A DNA stretch of 64,000 nucleotides from an uncultured cyanobacterium. Lineage in GTDB: Bacteria > Cyanobacteriota > Cyanobacteriia > Cyanobacteriales > Cyanobacteriaceae. The position numbers and the translations under genes are program-made. Under the pieces are notes generated by a model. That model saw only the letters and a program-made list of their open reading frames with translations. It was not told where the DNA came from and searched no databases. Location of the stretch: NCBI GenBank assembly GCA_963749915.1, contig CAVVOP010000017.1, forward strand, positions 60,538 to 124,537, written 5' to 3'. Shown here one piece after another: positions 1-10,058 of this stretch; the stretch's first letter is position 1; each line of letters starts with the position of its first letter.

Positions 1-670
1 TTTGCAGGGCTTCGCTTAATACTTGTCCGTACTCCGTTGCCTGTTGCTCGATCGCCAAAGTTTGCAAAGTGCCTAAATTATTTTCAATACTAGCCAATAA
101 ATCCTTTCGCCGTGCCAATAGTCCACGACTTTGTCGGAGAATTTTTTCTGCTATCAACCCGGCGATCAAACTATTGCGAATCAACTGCAATGCTTCGAGA
201 ACATCATTGCCATTGACAAGATTGGCGGGAGAACCACTAACAGCTTTGAAGCGATCTAGAACTACCACAGTTTGTAAAACATCATGATAGTGATCGATTT
301 CATCTAGCAAGTGCATCAGGGTTTTCAAGGTTTTGGCTTTGATTATCATGTAGAGATTCCAGCCAATTATAATAACCATAGTCAATCCTAATGTAACTTG
401 CAAAAAGTTCAGAATAGTGGGAAAATCACTGATTGTTTCTTGAGAGTTGCGAATAGTAAAAAGGCCCACTGGCAAAGTGAAGGCGAAAGTTAAAGCCGTA
501 ACCAATAACTCAGTAAAACAAAATAGAAACAGTCTTTGAGGATGCCGAAAAAGAGAAGATCTATAGACACCGCCAAATACCCCCCCAACAAATATTTCAC
601 TGACATCTAAACCGCTCAAAATTTCTATTTCTTTTTCGGTAATTCTGAGGTTTTTGAGTTCGGGATTCAT
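1..670 (-). CDS. Conserved cyanobacterial hypothetical membrane protein, partial (runs off the window start)
   Basis: Not in the ORF track because its stop lies outside the window. ATG at 670 reads open to base 1: MNPELKNLRITEKEIENLSGLDVSEIFVGGVFGGVYRSSLFRHPQRLF..., with two hydrophobic segments followed by a helical region. Confidence 0.75.
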   Translation of the reverse strand, partial: MNPELKNLRITEKEIEILSGLDVSEIFVGGVFGGVYRSSLFRHPQRLFLFCFTELLVTALTFAFTLPVGLFTIRNSQETISDFPTILNFLQVTLGLTMVIIIGWNLYMIIKAKTLKTLMHLLDEIDHYHDVLQTVVVLDRFKAVSGSPANLVNGNDVLEALQLIRNSLIAGLIAEKILRQSRGLLARRKDLLASIENNLGTLQTLAIEQQATEYGQVLSEALQ

Positions 671-731
671 GGCTGTGAGTTTACCTCTTTCAATTCAGTT
701 ATAATTGGCAGTAACTTGGGATGGCGGGGGA

Positions 732-1406
732 TCAAAATAGAAAATCTACCAGTGCATTCCAGACTCCAGAGAAAAAGGTGCCTTCCCTCGGACGGAACAG
801 TTCAAATTGACCGGCAGAACCGAAAAAGGGACGGAGTGTCCAGCCTAACTGACTGCCGACAAAACCATAAAGGACTAGCCAGAATCTTAAAATATTGGTA
901 CGGACTTTGATATTTTGCTGAGTATCATCATCACCAACTGGTTTCATGATCTGGTACAAAAAAGAAACTCCAATAATACCTGTCAGAGCAAAAATGACCA
1001 CATTTAGAAGTACAAAAAAAGGGTAATCGTTGACGGTGATTAAAAAGAAGAGAACAACTGGTGCAAAACCACAAAGTAAGACGGCAATTACCGTTACGGC
1101 AGTGAGCAAATAAGTGAAGTGTTGGGCAATACTTTGTTTGGCACCAAACAGGACATTGAAAATATAAAGTGTTGGCAAGCAGACCAGCAGAGTTATCAGG
1201 TAAAGGGCGGGTAATTTAATGGCAGAAGAAACTGCTTGTAGTGGACTGTGAAATGTGCCGATGATAGCTCCGTAGATAGAAAACAAACAAAAGCTGGAAA
1301 GCATCAGAGAAGAAGTTTTACTTTTTAGTTTTACACTGTCATGAATTTCTGCTAAGAATTCTTGGCGATCGCGTAACAGATAAATAACCGTTGAAAAGTA
1401 GTTCAT
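732..1406 (-). CDS. Multi-pass membrane protein (cyanobacterial family commonly annotated 'actin-binding WH2 domain-containing protein')
   Basis: 224 aa with about 5 TM helices; family motifs SSAIKLPALYL and GSQLGWTLRPFFG. Confidence 0.65.
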   Translation of the reverse strand: MNYFSTVIYLLRDRQEFLAEIHDSVKLKSKTSSLMLSSFCLFSIYGAIIGTFHSPLQAVSSAIKLPALYLITLLVCLPTLYIFNVLFGAKQSIAQHFTYLLTAVTVIAVLLCGFAPVVLFFLITVNDYPFFVLLNVVIFALTGIIGVSFLYQIMKPVGDDDTQQNIKVRTNILRFWLVLYGFVGSQLGWTLRPFFGSAGQFELFRPREGTFFSGVWNALVDFLF

Positions 1407-1531
1407 TTGGATTCAGTATTCTCCTCAGTTATTAAATATTTCCCGTTTTTATTGAAAAAACCATAGCAAATAAATTATAGCTAGCAATTCTTATTATGGA
1501 AATGACATATCGCCTTCATTTAAACCCAAAC

Positions 1532-3112
1532 TCAACTAATTTTTGGGATGATTTTTAAATTTTGTCCTTGATATAGATAAAAGACTTCTGTTATCTCACC
1601 AGACCGTTTAAGAGGAATCTGAGCAATTTCTCGCCAATTTTCAAAATATTGACTGAATTTACCCCCTTCTTGCGAAAAACGCTTGGAAGTAAGATATAAT
1701 CCCGTTTTTCCCTTCAGTTCCTCTAACGGGTACCAATAATTAAACCCACGACTATCATCGCTAAAACAAACTAAAGGTATATCTGTTAAGGGTGCAATCG
1801 CCATACCAATGTAACCGCCGAGATAGTATTGATTAGTAAAAATAAAATCGGCGGATTTCAAGGCTTCAGTAAAGAAGGGAGAAGATGCCAAATTAGCTCT
1901 AAGTTGTACAATGTCAATTAATTCTGTAGAGGGATCATTTTGAGGTGAGATTAAACCGGAAAAAAAGATATTTTGACTGGGTTTTTGGAATAATCCCCAA
2001 TGAGAGTGGGCCAAGACCAGGAGAAGAATAGTATTAATAGTCAGCAAAGAAAGATATAACCAACGTTTAACGAGTTTTTCGGAGTATTTAAGCCATTGAT
2101 GTGCAAAATCTCCCAAAATTAATGTTAAACTCCAAAATCCGGGCATTGCCCATGTTGGTAATATTTGAGTGACTGCACCCAAAACAGTGAATCCCATGGT
2201 TAAGGGTAAAGAAACCCATAGAATCAGTTGATAACGATAATTATGCCTGATGGTAATTTCACTCCACAGACTTTTAAAACTTACCCACCAGAGGGGAAAA
2301 CCAAAAGTAGGGAATAAGTAACCGACTCCTACCAATGCCACAAGAATGATATTGAGGGGATTAATAATTAATGGGGAGGGATTGCTAGATTTAAAACGCC
2401 CTGATAATTGAAAGCCGAAAGAAATCCAGTCGTGTTGCCAATTCCAGTATAAAAGAGGAAATAAGGTTAAAAGGAATAAACCTGCGGCGATAAGTAACCA
2501 ATAAGAGGTAAATACTCGGCGGTAGGGAGGATTAAAAAAACAAAATCCCACTAATCCCAATCCCAAAATAAAGCCGTGATATTTTCCTAAACAGGCCAAA
2601 CCAACACTAACACCGATGAAGGCAATACGATAACTAGGTTGATAATTAGATAAATTTTCGTGGAGAAAAAACTCATAAGAGGAGCATAATAGAGTCAATG
2701 TCCAAAAAAATATTAATGGTACATCAGGTAAAGTTAAAACTCCAAAAGCAATGGTAAAAATGGGAATTATTGAGGCGATAATCAGAGTTAATAAGGCACT
2801 TTGATCATCAAATAATTTTTTCCCTGTTAAATAGAGAAAATAAAGACTGGCAGTAAAAATAATTAACGTACTGATTCTGATAGTAAATTGATTCACTTCC
2901 CCCGTCAACCAGACTCCGAAACCGGTGGTTAAAGATACTAAAATGGGATGATCAAAATAACTCCAATCTAAATTTTGACTATAGATATAGTAATAGGCTT
3001 CATCATATCCGGGAAATAAATAAACGGCGATAATGGTGCGTATAATGAGCCCCAATAAGAGAATAGTTACTAATGGAGAGAAGAAAATTGATAGTTTGGT
3101 TATTTTAGTCAT
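1532..3112 (-). CDS. Glycosyltransferase family 39 / ArnT-like membrane glycosyltransferase
   Basis: DEAYY...LDWSYFDHP N-terminal motif, PDVPL and GLACLGKYHG, many TM helices. Start placed at MTKITK (3112); the ORF extends to 3169. Confidence 0.85.
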   Translation of the reverse strand: MTKITKLSIFFSPLVTILLLGLIIRTIIAVYLFPGYDEAYYYIYSQNLDWSYFDHPILVSLTTGFGVWLTGEVNQFTIRISTLIIFTASLYFLYLTGKKLFDDQSALLTLIIASIIPIFTIAFGVLTLPDVPLIFFWTLTLLCSSYEFFLHENLSNYQPSYRIAFIGVSVGLACLGKYHGFILGLGLVGFCFFNPPYRRVFTSYWLLIAAGLFLLTLFPLLYWNWQHDWISFGFQLSGRFKSSNPSPLIINPLNIILVALVGVGYLFPTFGFPLWWVSFKSLWSEITIRHNYRYQLILWVSLPLTMGFTVLGAVTQILPTWAMPGFWSLTLILGDFAHQWLKYSEKLVKRWLYLSLLTINTILLLVLAHSHWGLFQKPSQNIFFSGLISPQNDPSTELIDIVQLRANLASSPFFTEALKSADFIFTNQYYLGGYIGMAIAPLTDIPLVCFSDDSRGFNYWYPLEELKGKTGLYLTSKRFSQEGGKFSQYFENWREIAQIPLKRSGEITEVFYLYQGQNLKIIPKIS

Positions 3113-3283
3113 TGCCAGAAGTTGCAATTGCTTCGAGGGTTTTATTTTATAATGAAACAGCCCTACCATGGTGATAGGGAGATAAAAAGCAAAAATGTTC
3201 AGAATGAACAGTTAAATATAGATTAAAAACGAGACACTAGAAAATGCCTCTCAAACCCAGTACCCTCTAAAAGCAAAAAAACC

Positions 3284-5905
3284 ATGAAAATCCTTAAAAC
3301 ACAAACTTTACGTGGCCCTAACTATTGGAGTATCAGAAGACAAAAACTGATCCAGATGCGTCTTGATTTAGAAGATGTGGCCGAAAAACCATCTAACCTA
3401 ATACCGGGATTTTATCAGGGTTTAGTGAAGATACTACCCTCCCTCATTGAACACTTTTGTTCCAAAGATCGCCGCGGTGGATTTTTAGAACGGGTACAAG
3501 AAGGAACATATATGGGTCATATAATAGAACATGTTGCCTTAGAATTACAAGAATTAGCGGGGATGGCGGTGGGTTTTGGTCGTACCAGGGAAACGGCGAC
3601 ACCGGGAGTCTATAATGTTGTTTTCGAGTATGTGTATGAAGAAGCGGGAAGGTACGCTGGTAGAGCGGCTGTGAGATTGTGTAATTCCATTATTACCACC
3701 GGAAGTTACTCCCCTGAAGAGTTAGGGCAAGATTTAGCTGATTTAAGAGATTTAAGGGCGAATTCGGCATTAGGTCCTTCCACCGAAACTATCGTTAAAG
3801 AAGCCGACGCTCGACAAATACCTTGGATGTTACTAAGTGCAAGAGCTATGGTACAGTTGGGTTATGGGGCAAATCAACAACGTGTTCAAGCTACTTTAAG
3901 TAATAAAACCGGTATTTTAGGAGTAGAGTTAGCTTGTGATAAAGAAGCTACTAAAACCACTTTGGCGGAGGCCGGTGTTCCCGTTCCCAGAGGTACTGTA
4001 ATCTATTATTTAGATGAATTAGCCGATGCCATTGCCGATGTTGGCGGTTATCCCATTGTACTCAAACCCTTAGACGGGAATCATGGTAGGGGCATTACCA
4101 TTGATATTAATACTCAACAAGAGGCAGAGGAGGCTTATGATTTGGCTAGTGCGGCTTCTAAAAGTCGCTCAGTAATTGTGGAAAGATATTATAAAGGGAA
4201 TGATCATCGCATTCTCGTGATTAACGGTAAACTCATCGCCGTATCCGAAAGAATCCCCGCCCATGTCACCGGTAACGGATACTCTACCATTGAAGAATTG
4301 ATCGAACAAACTAATTTAGATCCCCATCGAGGAGAAGGTCATGATAATGTATTAACCAAAATTAGTGTTGATCGTACTTCTTTAGGGATACTGAAAAAAC
4401 AAGGTTTTGACATGGATACAGTACTCAAAGAGGGAGAAATAGCTTATTTAAGGGCTACCGCCAATTTAAGTACTGGAGGTATCGCTATTGATCGCACAGA
4501 TGAAATACATCCTGAAAATATTTGGATAGCCGAAAGAGTCGCCAAAATTATCGGCTTAGACATCGCCGGGATTGATGTTGTGACACCTGATATCACTAAG
4601 CCTTTGAAGGAAGTAGATGGTGTCATTGTGGAAGTAAACGCCGCCCCCGGATTTCGGATGCATGTAGCACCCAGTAAGGGTTTACCTCGTAATGTAGCCG
4701 CCCCTGTGTTGGATATGCTTTTTCCTGATCACAAATCTAGCCGTATTCCTATCCTAGCGGTGACAGGTACTAATGGTAAAACCACCACTACCCGATTATT
4801 AGCTCATATATATCGCCAAACGGGTAAAGTTGTGGGTTATACCAGCACCGATGGTATTTATTTGGGTGACTACATGGTAGAAAAAGGAGACAATACAGGT
4901 CCTCTGAGTGCCGGAGTTATTTTAAGAGATCCGACGGTAGAAGTGGCAGTGTTAGAATGTGCCAGAGGTGGAATACTGCGATCGGGTTTGGCCTTTGATA
5001 GCTGTGACGTGGGTGTGGTTCTTAATGTCGCAGAAGATCATTTGGGCTTAGGGGATATTAATACCATTGAGCAGATGGCAAAAGTCAAAGGAGTCGTCGC
5101 CGAATCCGTCAACCCCGATGGCTATGCGGTCTTAAATGCTGACGATCCCTTGGTTGCACAAATGGCTCAAAATGTCAAGGGTAAAATTGCTTATTTTTCC
5201 ATGAGTGCCGATAATCCTATCATCATCGATCATTTACGCCGTGACGGCATGGCGGCTATTTATGAAAACGGTTATCTCTCGATTTTTGAGGGAGAATGGA
5301 CATTAAGGATTGAAAAAGCGGAAAATATCCCCGTCACCATGAAAGGCATGGCACCCTTTATGATTGCCAATGCTTTAGCAGCTTGTTTAGCGGCTTTTGT
5401 TCACGGTACAGATATTGAGTTAATTCGTCAGGGGGTGCGGACTTTTAACCCTGGTACGAGTCAAACTCCGGGGAGAATGAACCTTTTTGATCTGAAAGAT
5501 TTTTCTGTACTCGTCGACTACGCCCATAATCCTGCTGGTTATCTAGCAGTAGGGGAATTTGTCAAAAACTGGAAAGGCGATCGCTTAGGGGTAATTGGAG
5601 GACCTGGAGACAGACGTGATGAGGATTTTATACTGTTAGGTAAAATTTCTTCTCAGATTTTTGATCACATCATCGTCAAAGAAGATGATGATAATCGTGG
5701 TAGAGATCGAGGAACCGTGGCAGACTTAATCGTTCAAGGTATATTAACCGAAAATCCTCAAGCTAGTTATGACGTTATTCTCGATGAAACCGAAGCCATC
5801 AAAAAGAGTTTGAACAAAGTTAACAAAGATGGTTTAGTAGTGATTTTCCCTGAAAGTGTAACTAGATCGATCTCCATAGTTGAAGAATATAAGTCGGATG
5901 GATAG
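3284..5905 (+). CDS. cphA: Cyanophycin synthetase
   Basis: 873 aa starting MKILKTQTLRGPNYWS; ATP-grasp domain (KPLDGNHGRG, EVNAAPG) plus Mur-ligase domain (GTNGKTTT, DYAHNP). Confidence 0.98.
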   Translation: MKILKTQTLRGPNYWSIRRQKLIQMRLDLEDVAEKPSNLIPGFYQGLVKILPSLIEHFCSKDRRGGFLERVQEGTYMGHIIEHVALELQELAGMAVGFGRTRETATPGVYNVVFEYVYEEAGRYAGRAAVRLCNSIITTGSYSPEELGQDLADLRDLRANSALGPSTETIVKEADARQIPWMLLSARAMVQLGYGANQQRVQATLSNKTGILGVELACDKEATKTTLAEAGVPVPRGTVIYYLDELADAIADVGGYPIVLKPLDGNHGRGITIDINTQQEAEEAYDLASAASKSRSVIVERYYKGNDHRILVINGKLIAVSERIPAHVTGNGYSTIEELIEQTNLDPHRGEGHDNVLTKISVDRTSLGILKKQGFDMDTVLKEGEIAYLRATANLSTGGIAIDRTDEIHPENIWIAERVAKIIGLDIAGIDVVTPDITKPLKEVDGVIVEVNAAPGFRMHVAPSKGLPRNVAAPVLDMLFPDHKSSRIPILAVTGTNGKTTTTRLLAHIYRQTGKVVGYTSTDGIYLGDYMVEKGDNTGPLSAGVILRDPTVEVAVLECARGGILRSGLAFDSCDVGVVLNVAEDHLGLGDINTIEQMAKVKGVVAESVNPDGYAVLNADDPLVAQMAQNVKGKIAYFSMSADNPIIIDHLRRDGMAAIYENGYLSIFEGEWTLRIEKAENIPVTMKGMAPFMIANALAACLAAFVHGTDIELIRQGVRTFNPGTSQTPGRMNLFDLKDFSVLVDYAHNPAGYLAVGEFVKNWKGDRLGVIGGPGDRRDEDFILLGKISSQIFDHIIVKEDDDNRGRDRGTVADLIVQGILTENPQASYDVILDETEAIKKSLNKVNKDGLVVIFPESVTRSISIVEEYKSDG

Positions 5906-5915
5906 GAATTAATAA

Positions 5916-8237
5916 TTATTTGATGACACTAGCACTACCGTTTTTATTGATGTAAGGTTTAAAACCACAAGCTATCAGAGATGAGTACAGAATAAGGTCA
6001 ATATCCCACACATTAAACATCCATTGAACTAGCTCCATTTTCCAGAGGCTAACATGGATCTCTAAAATTTTAGCCCCTAACTCTGTGGAGATTCCCCTTA
6101 CATGGAAAATCCCATCTTTTAAGGTAAGATTATGGCACGCTTTGCAAGCGGCGTAAATCAAATTTTCTTGTCTTTCTTTATCTAAAGAACTCCCTAGGAT
6201 TTCTGTCCTTTCTTGAGCCTGATTAGACTCAGTGGCGAACTGAGGAATTGGATACCCCGCCAGCAATTCTCCTTGAGACAATATCAGAAGCAGATCCTGA
6301 GGTAAGCCATTTAGGTATGGACTGGCAATTAGGTGATCCTTTACGCCTAATTTAATCCCTGTATCTATGATGGTGTGAAGTTCCTTTTGATAGTCTACAA
6401 AACAAGCTAACAATTGTTTTTGGGTGGTAATAATTTTGGGTACAAAGTTAGAATTCCCTGAATCTAACTTGATCAGTAAGGGATAGTAATGAACTGGAAT
6501 TTGGTGGATATCATGGAGAGAATGGAGGGCAAAAACCTCAACTCCATGAGAGAATTGTCGAGCTTCAAAAATTAGTTTATTAAACTCATCAAGAAGAATT
6601 TTTTTTGACATTAATAATTGGCTTTTAGCTAGGGTTACGCTCTCATAGCTATTACTAGGTTTTTGCAAGAAAATAGCGACTAAAGTGGCTAAAACTAGAT
6701 AGTTTTCTTCAAGGGAAACTACTCCATGAATATCGAGTTGATGGTGACGTACTTCTTGAATAATAGCGAGGGCCTTTTCAAGCTCCTTTCGGGAGTCATC
6801 AAGGTCAATACCTAAAAACTGAGAAGGAAAACTGAGAGAGTAAGATAAAGGCTGATTATTCGCCAAAATTTGGTTAATCCCCAGCTTTGCCGCCCATTCA
6901 CAGCCCTTGAGTTTTTCCTTACCACTACCACCCAGGATCAGAATATTTTGTCCTTCTAGCATATATTGGTAAGAACGGTATAACATGGTTTCTACCCATT
7001 TATCCAGAATCATAGTCCCATGAGGGGAATGTTGAATTTCATACAATTGCAATGTGCTAGTGCAATCATGATTATTAACTTCTATTAAAAAGGGTTCTAA
7101 TTGACCATTGTTGTTTTGCAAAAAAACATCTAAGCCAATAAAATTCGTTTGCTGATGGGGAGGAAGATGGTTTAAATATTGCTTTTCGTAGTCAAGAATG
7201 GAGCAGAGAACAGTTTCTCCTAATCTATTAAGTTGGTCAGTCAACTGATTTTTTTGGTGGTCAGTTAACCCCATACAATTACACAGATAGTCAAGAGAAA
7301 AACTTTCAGAAGTATCTCCGTTGATTGGTTGATCAACATAGCCAAGACTACAAAGAATACCAGAGGTTTCTACTAAGTTATTAGGGCGACGGGTAACAAA
7401 TATTCTTAACCTTGCCCCTAGACAGTGATGAGCCTTAAGACTTGAATCAATAAATTCTTCTACCAACAAGCACTCCTTCTCACAGAGCAAATCTAGACAT
7501 TTTTGCAGATTTTCTATTGCCCGCTCTAAATTATCTTTTGACTCGATGGTACATACTTTACCTCCCATCCACCTAGCACCTGAAGGCTTAATCACGAATT
7601 TATCACAAGGAAAATTTTGAAGATATTGTCGGATTTCCTCAAGAGAGGGTTTTTGAGAAAGATCAACCAACTGAACTCGATCACTGGCTGGATGATGATG
7701 ATATTTTTCCAAACCAAAGCTAAAAGCTATGGTGAAGGGAACACAGATTTTCTTAGCTACAGCCAGTAAACGAGTATGCAATTTATCATCGACATACTCA
7801 TTTAATTCGACGCTACTGGACATGGGACAGTTCGTCGGTTTTTCATAGTTCTGAAATTGATGGGCTTTCTGTTTTAAAGCTGGGGGAGAAAAACTGAATT
7901 TTTCTTCAGTTAAAAAATTGCACAAAAAAGTAACCTTCTGAGGAGTTTTGAATTTGACATAAAAACATTGCCCCCATTCATTCATGGTAATTCCTTCGAG
8001 AAGATATAAAAAGTTTTCTTCCTCCTTTCTAATAACCTTTATCCAATTTGGTTCGCAAACCACAAAAGCATTTTCGGGCAAGATTTTGTTGGCGGATAAC
8101 AGTAAAGCAACTCTTTTTTCTGGCTCGGAAAAAAAAACGATGCAGGGTTGACTAGAATCGGATTTTCGTTCTACCAATGTTGTTAACATCGGGTTAAGTC
8201 TATAGGAAAAGAGAACTGAGTTAAGATTATCAAACAT
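5916..8237 (-). CDS. Two-domain ATP-grasp protein, carnosine synthase (CARNS1/ATPGD1)-like
   Basis: 773 aa (alternative start 8189). The first ATP-grasp domain has FVIKPSG, LLVEEF and FIGLDV...LIEVN. The linker is VETMLYRS...EGQNILILGG. The second ATP-grasp domain is degenerate and ends LIACGFKP. Confidence 0.75.
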   Translation of the reverse strand: MFDNLNSVLFSYRLNPMLTTLVERKSDSSQPCIVFFSEPEKRVALLLSANKILPENAFVVCEPNWIKVIRKEEENFLYLLEGITMNEWGQCFYVKFKTPQKVTFLCNFLTEEKFSFSPPALKQKAHQFQNYEKPTNCPMSSSVELNEYVDDKLHTRLLAVAKKICVPFTIAFSFGLEKYHHHPASDRVQLVDLSQKPSLEEIRQYLQNFPCDKFVIKPSGARWMGGKVCTIESKDNLERAIENLQKCLDLLCEKECLLVEEFIDSSLKAHHCLGARLRIFVTRRPNNLVETSGILCSLGYVDQPINGDTSESFSLDYLCNCMGLTDHQKNQLTDQLNRLGETVLCSILDYEKQYLNHLPPHQQTNFIGLDVFLQNNNGQLEPFLIEVNNHDCTSTLQLYEIQHSPHGTMILDKWVETMLYRSYQYMLEGQNILILGGSGKEKLKGCEWAAKLGINQILANNQPLSYSLSFPSQFLGIDLDDSRKELEKALAIIQEVRHHQLDIHGVVSLEENYLVLATLVAIFLQKPSNSYESVTLAKSQLLMSKKILLDEFNKLIFEARQFSHGVEVFALHSLHDIHQIPVHYYPLLIKLDSGNSNFVPKIITTQKQLLACFVDYQKELHTIIDTGIKLGVKDHLIASPYLNGLPQDLLLILSQGELLAGYPIPQFATESNQAQERTEILGSSLDKERQENLIYAACKACHNLTLKDGIFHVRGISTELGAKILEIHVSLWKMELVQWMFNVWDIDLILYSSLIACGFKPYINKNGSASVIK

Positions 8238-8354
8238 CTAAAACTTTAATTTTCTAGTGAATTTATACAGGATTATGGTCTAGTGGTTGAATGCAGAATT
8301 AAGAATGTAGAATGCACCATGAAAAACCCTTTATTTTGAGTACTTATACGAATT

Positions 8355-10058
8355 TTAAACCCCTGTTTCATTTCCGCACTTTCTCACTAGTCTCACAGGA
8401 CAGCTAACGGTTCCTGCCCTTTCCGCCACTGCCGTTACTTCAATTTCACTGCCTTCTTGCCCTTTCACTACCCACTCCAAATGTCGGCGGAAATCTGTCC
8501 CTAGTGCCAAAGCCTCAAACGCTTTGTTAGATCGTCCCTCCAGATGGTCAATTTCCTGTTTCAATTGACCACTGATTAAGGTAACTCCTTCTGGTAAGGA
8601 CAAAATCACTTCAATAGGGCGAACAGACTGCCGTTCTAAAGCTTTTTGACTGGTATAAGTGGGCAAGAAGCCTTGATTTTCCCACTGGACCACAATATGA
8701 TAAATATCTCCTCCTTGATAGGTAACTTGAGTGCGAGCAAGTGCTAATCTGGGAGACATTAGGGCATGGGTAATAGCAAAGTGACATTGTTTGTCGCACA
8801 AGTCAGGTAAGTATTCGGCGGGAGCATTTTGCCAAACTGCTTTCTCATCCCAGCCACCAATTTCCACCTCTCCTAATTGGGGATGGTGAAAAGGCTGCCA
8901 AGGAATAAAGCCTTTTCCTCCTAGCTTTTCATCATTCCACTGTAATAATTTCAAGGATTCTTCGGGAGGATGCCAGCGAAACCATTGGATATAATCTTCC
9001 TTTTCAATTCCTGCTTCAGTTGGCGCATCCCAAAGTTCGATGGTGAAACCAAACCAACCAAAGTGATCGTACCCATAATCATCCATAGAGCCATAAATTA
9101 CTTCTTTGGGATGATAACGAAAGTCATGATAAACAGAAACGCACTTGTAACCTGTTATTTCCGTTCCTTGTTTGCCAATCAGTTTATAAATTTCTAAATC
9201 TTCCGTGGGGAAATGTTCATCGCCATGAGTGCCATAAGGACGCAAGATGACGGCAGAGTAAGTGTGATAGCTAATAAAGCCATTGATGTTTCGATTTTGA
9301 TGCCAGAACTCAGCTTCGGCACGGGTTTCTGGCTCAGAAAAAGGAAATTCTCCCGCCCCTTTTTGTTGACTTTCTGGCGACCACTGGTGAGGATAGTTGC
9401 GATTGAAGTCCATGCCTTCTAGGGGTGCAGCTAACTTGATTTGGTATCCGTCGTAGTTGCGGATTATTCCTTCGGGGAGGAGGGTATAATAAGTGCCTCC
9501 AAACTCAGGAGGTTCACGATGTACCATTAGGCGGGGATCTAGCTCTGAGACTTTCCAAGCCCCACAGTCATCTTGAATGCGCATTTGCAGAATTAAACCA
9601 TCACCATTAACATCTTGCCGATGGAGTCCATCTTCTTCCTCAGGATAGGGATAAGGACGAACGCTAGAGCGGAGTCGGTAAGGCGTAGTTAGATACTTTT
9701 CCGCCCCATCAACTGCCAAGCGAGGCAGGACATAAACCGTGTAGTGATCGAGCAAACGTGTGGCCTGAGAATCTTGATGGTAATTAGTTAGCAGGTAATA
9801 GATGATGTAGCAGGCTACCGATGAACCAGTGACTTCCCCCGCGTGGGTATTAGCATCAATCCAATAGGCAGGTTTTTTGAGCGGGTTGCCTGTCTCTTGA
9901 TTGGTAAGAATAGCTAACCAAATGTCCCGCCCTGCATAACTACGACCGATAACTTTCAACTGAATCAGTTTGGGATAAGTCTTAGCCATCTGGTTGAGGT
10001 AATCTACAAGTTCTTGATAAGTGTAGTAGTGACTAAAATCAAAATATTTAATCGTCAT
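8355..10058 (-). CDS. M14 family zinc carboxypeptidase
   Basis: HxxE zinc motif (THAGE), DFNRNYP, SYHTYS and catalytic TIELW. No signal peptide, so likely cytoplasmic. Confidence 0.92.
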   Translation of the reverse strand: MTIKYFDFSHYYTYQELVDYLNQMAKTYPKLIQLKVIGRSYAGRDIWLAILTNQETGNPLKKPAYWIDANTHAGEVTGSSVACYIIYYLLTNYHQDSQATRLLDHYTVYVLPRLAVDGAEKYLTTPYRLRSSVRPYPYPEEEDGLHRQDVNGDGLILQMRIQDDCGAWKVSELDPRLMVHREPPEFGGTYYTLLPEGIIRNYDGYQIKLAAPLEGMDFNRNYPHQWSPESQQKGAGEFPFSEPETRAEAEFWHQNRNINGFISYHTYSAVILRPYGTHGDEHFPTEDLEIYKLIGKQGTEITGYKCVSVYHDFRYHPKEVIYGSMDDYGYDHFGWFGFTIELWDAPTEAGIEKEDYIQWFRWHPPEESLKLLQWNDEKLGGKGFIPWQPFHHPQLGEVEIGGWDEKAVWQNAPAEYLPDLCDKQCHFAITHALMSPRLALARTQVTYQGGDIYHIVVQWENQGFLPTYTSQKALERQSVRPIEVILSLPEGVTLISGQLKQEIDHLEGRSNKAFEALALGTDFRRHLEWVVKGQEGSEIEVTAVAERAGTVSCPVRLVRKCGNETGV

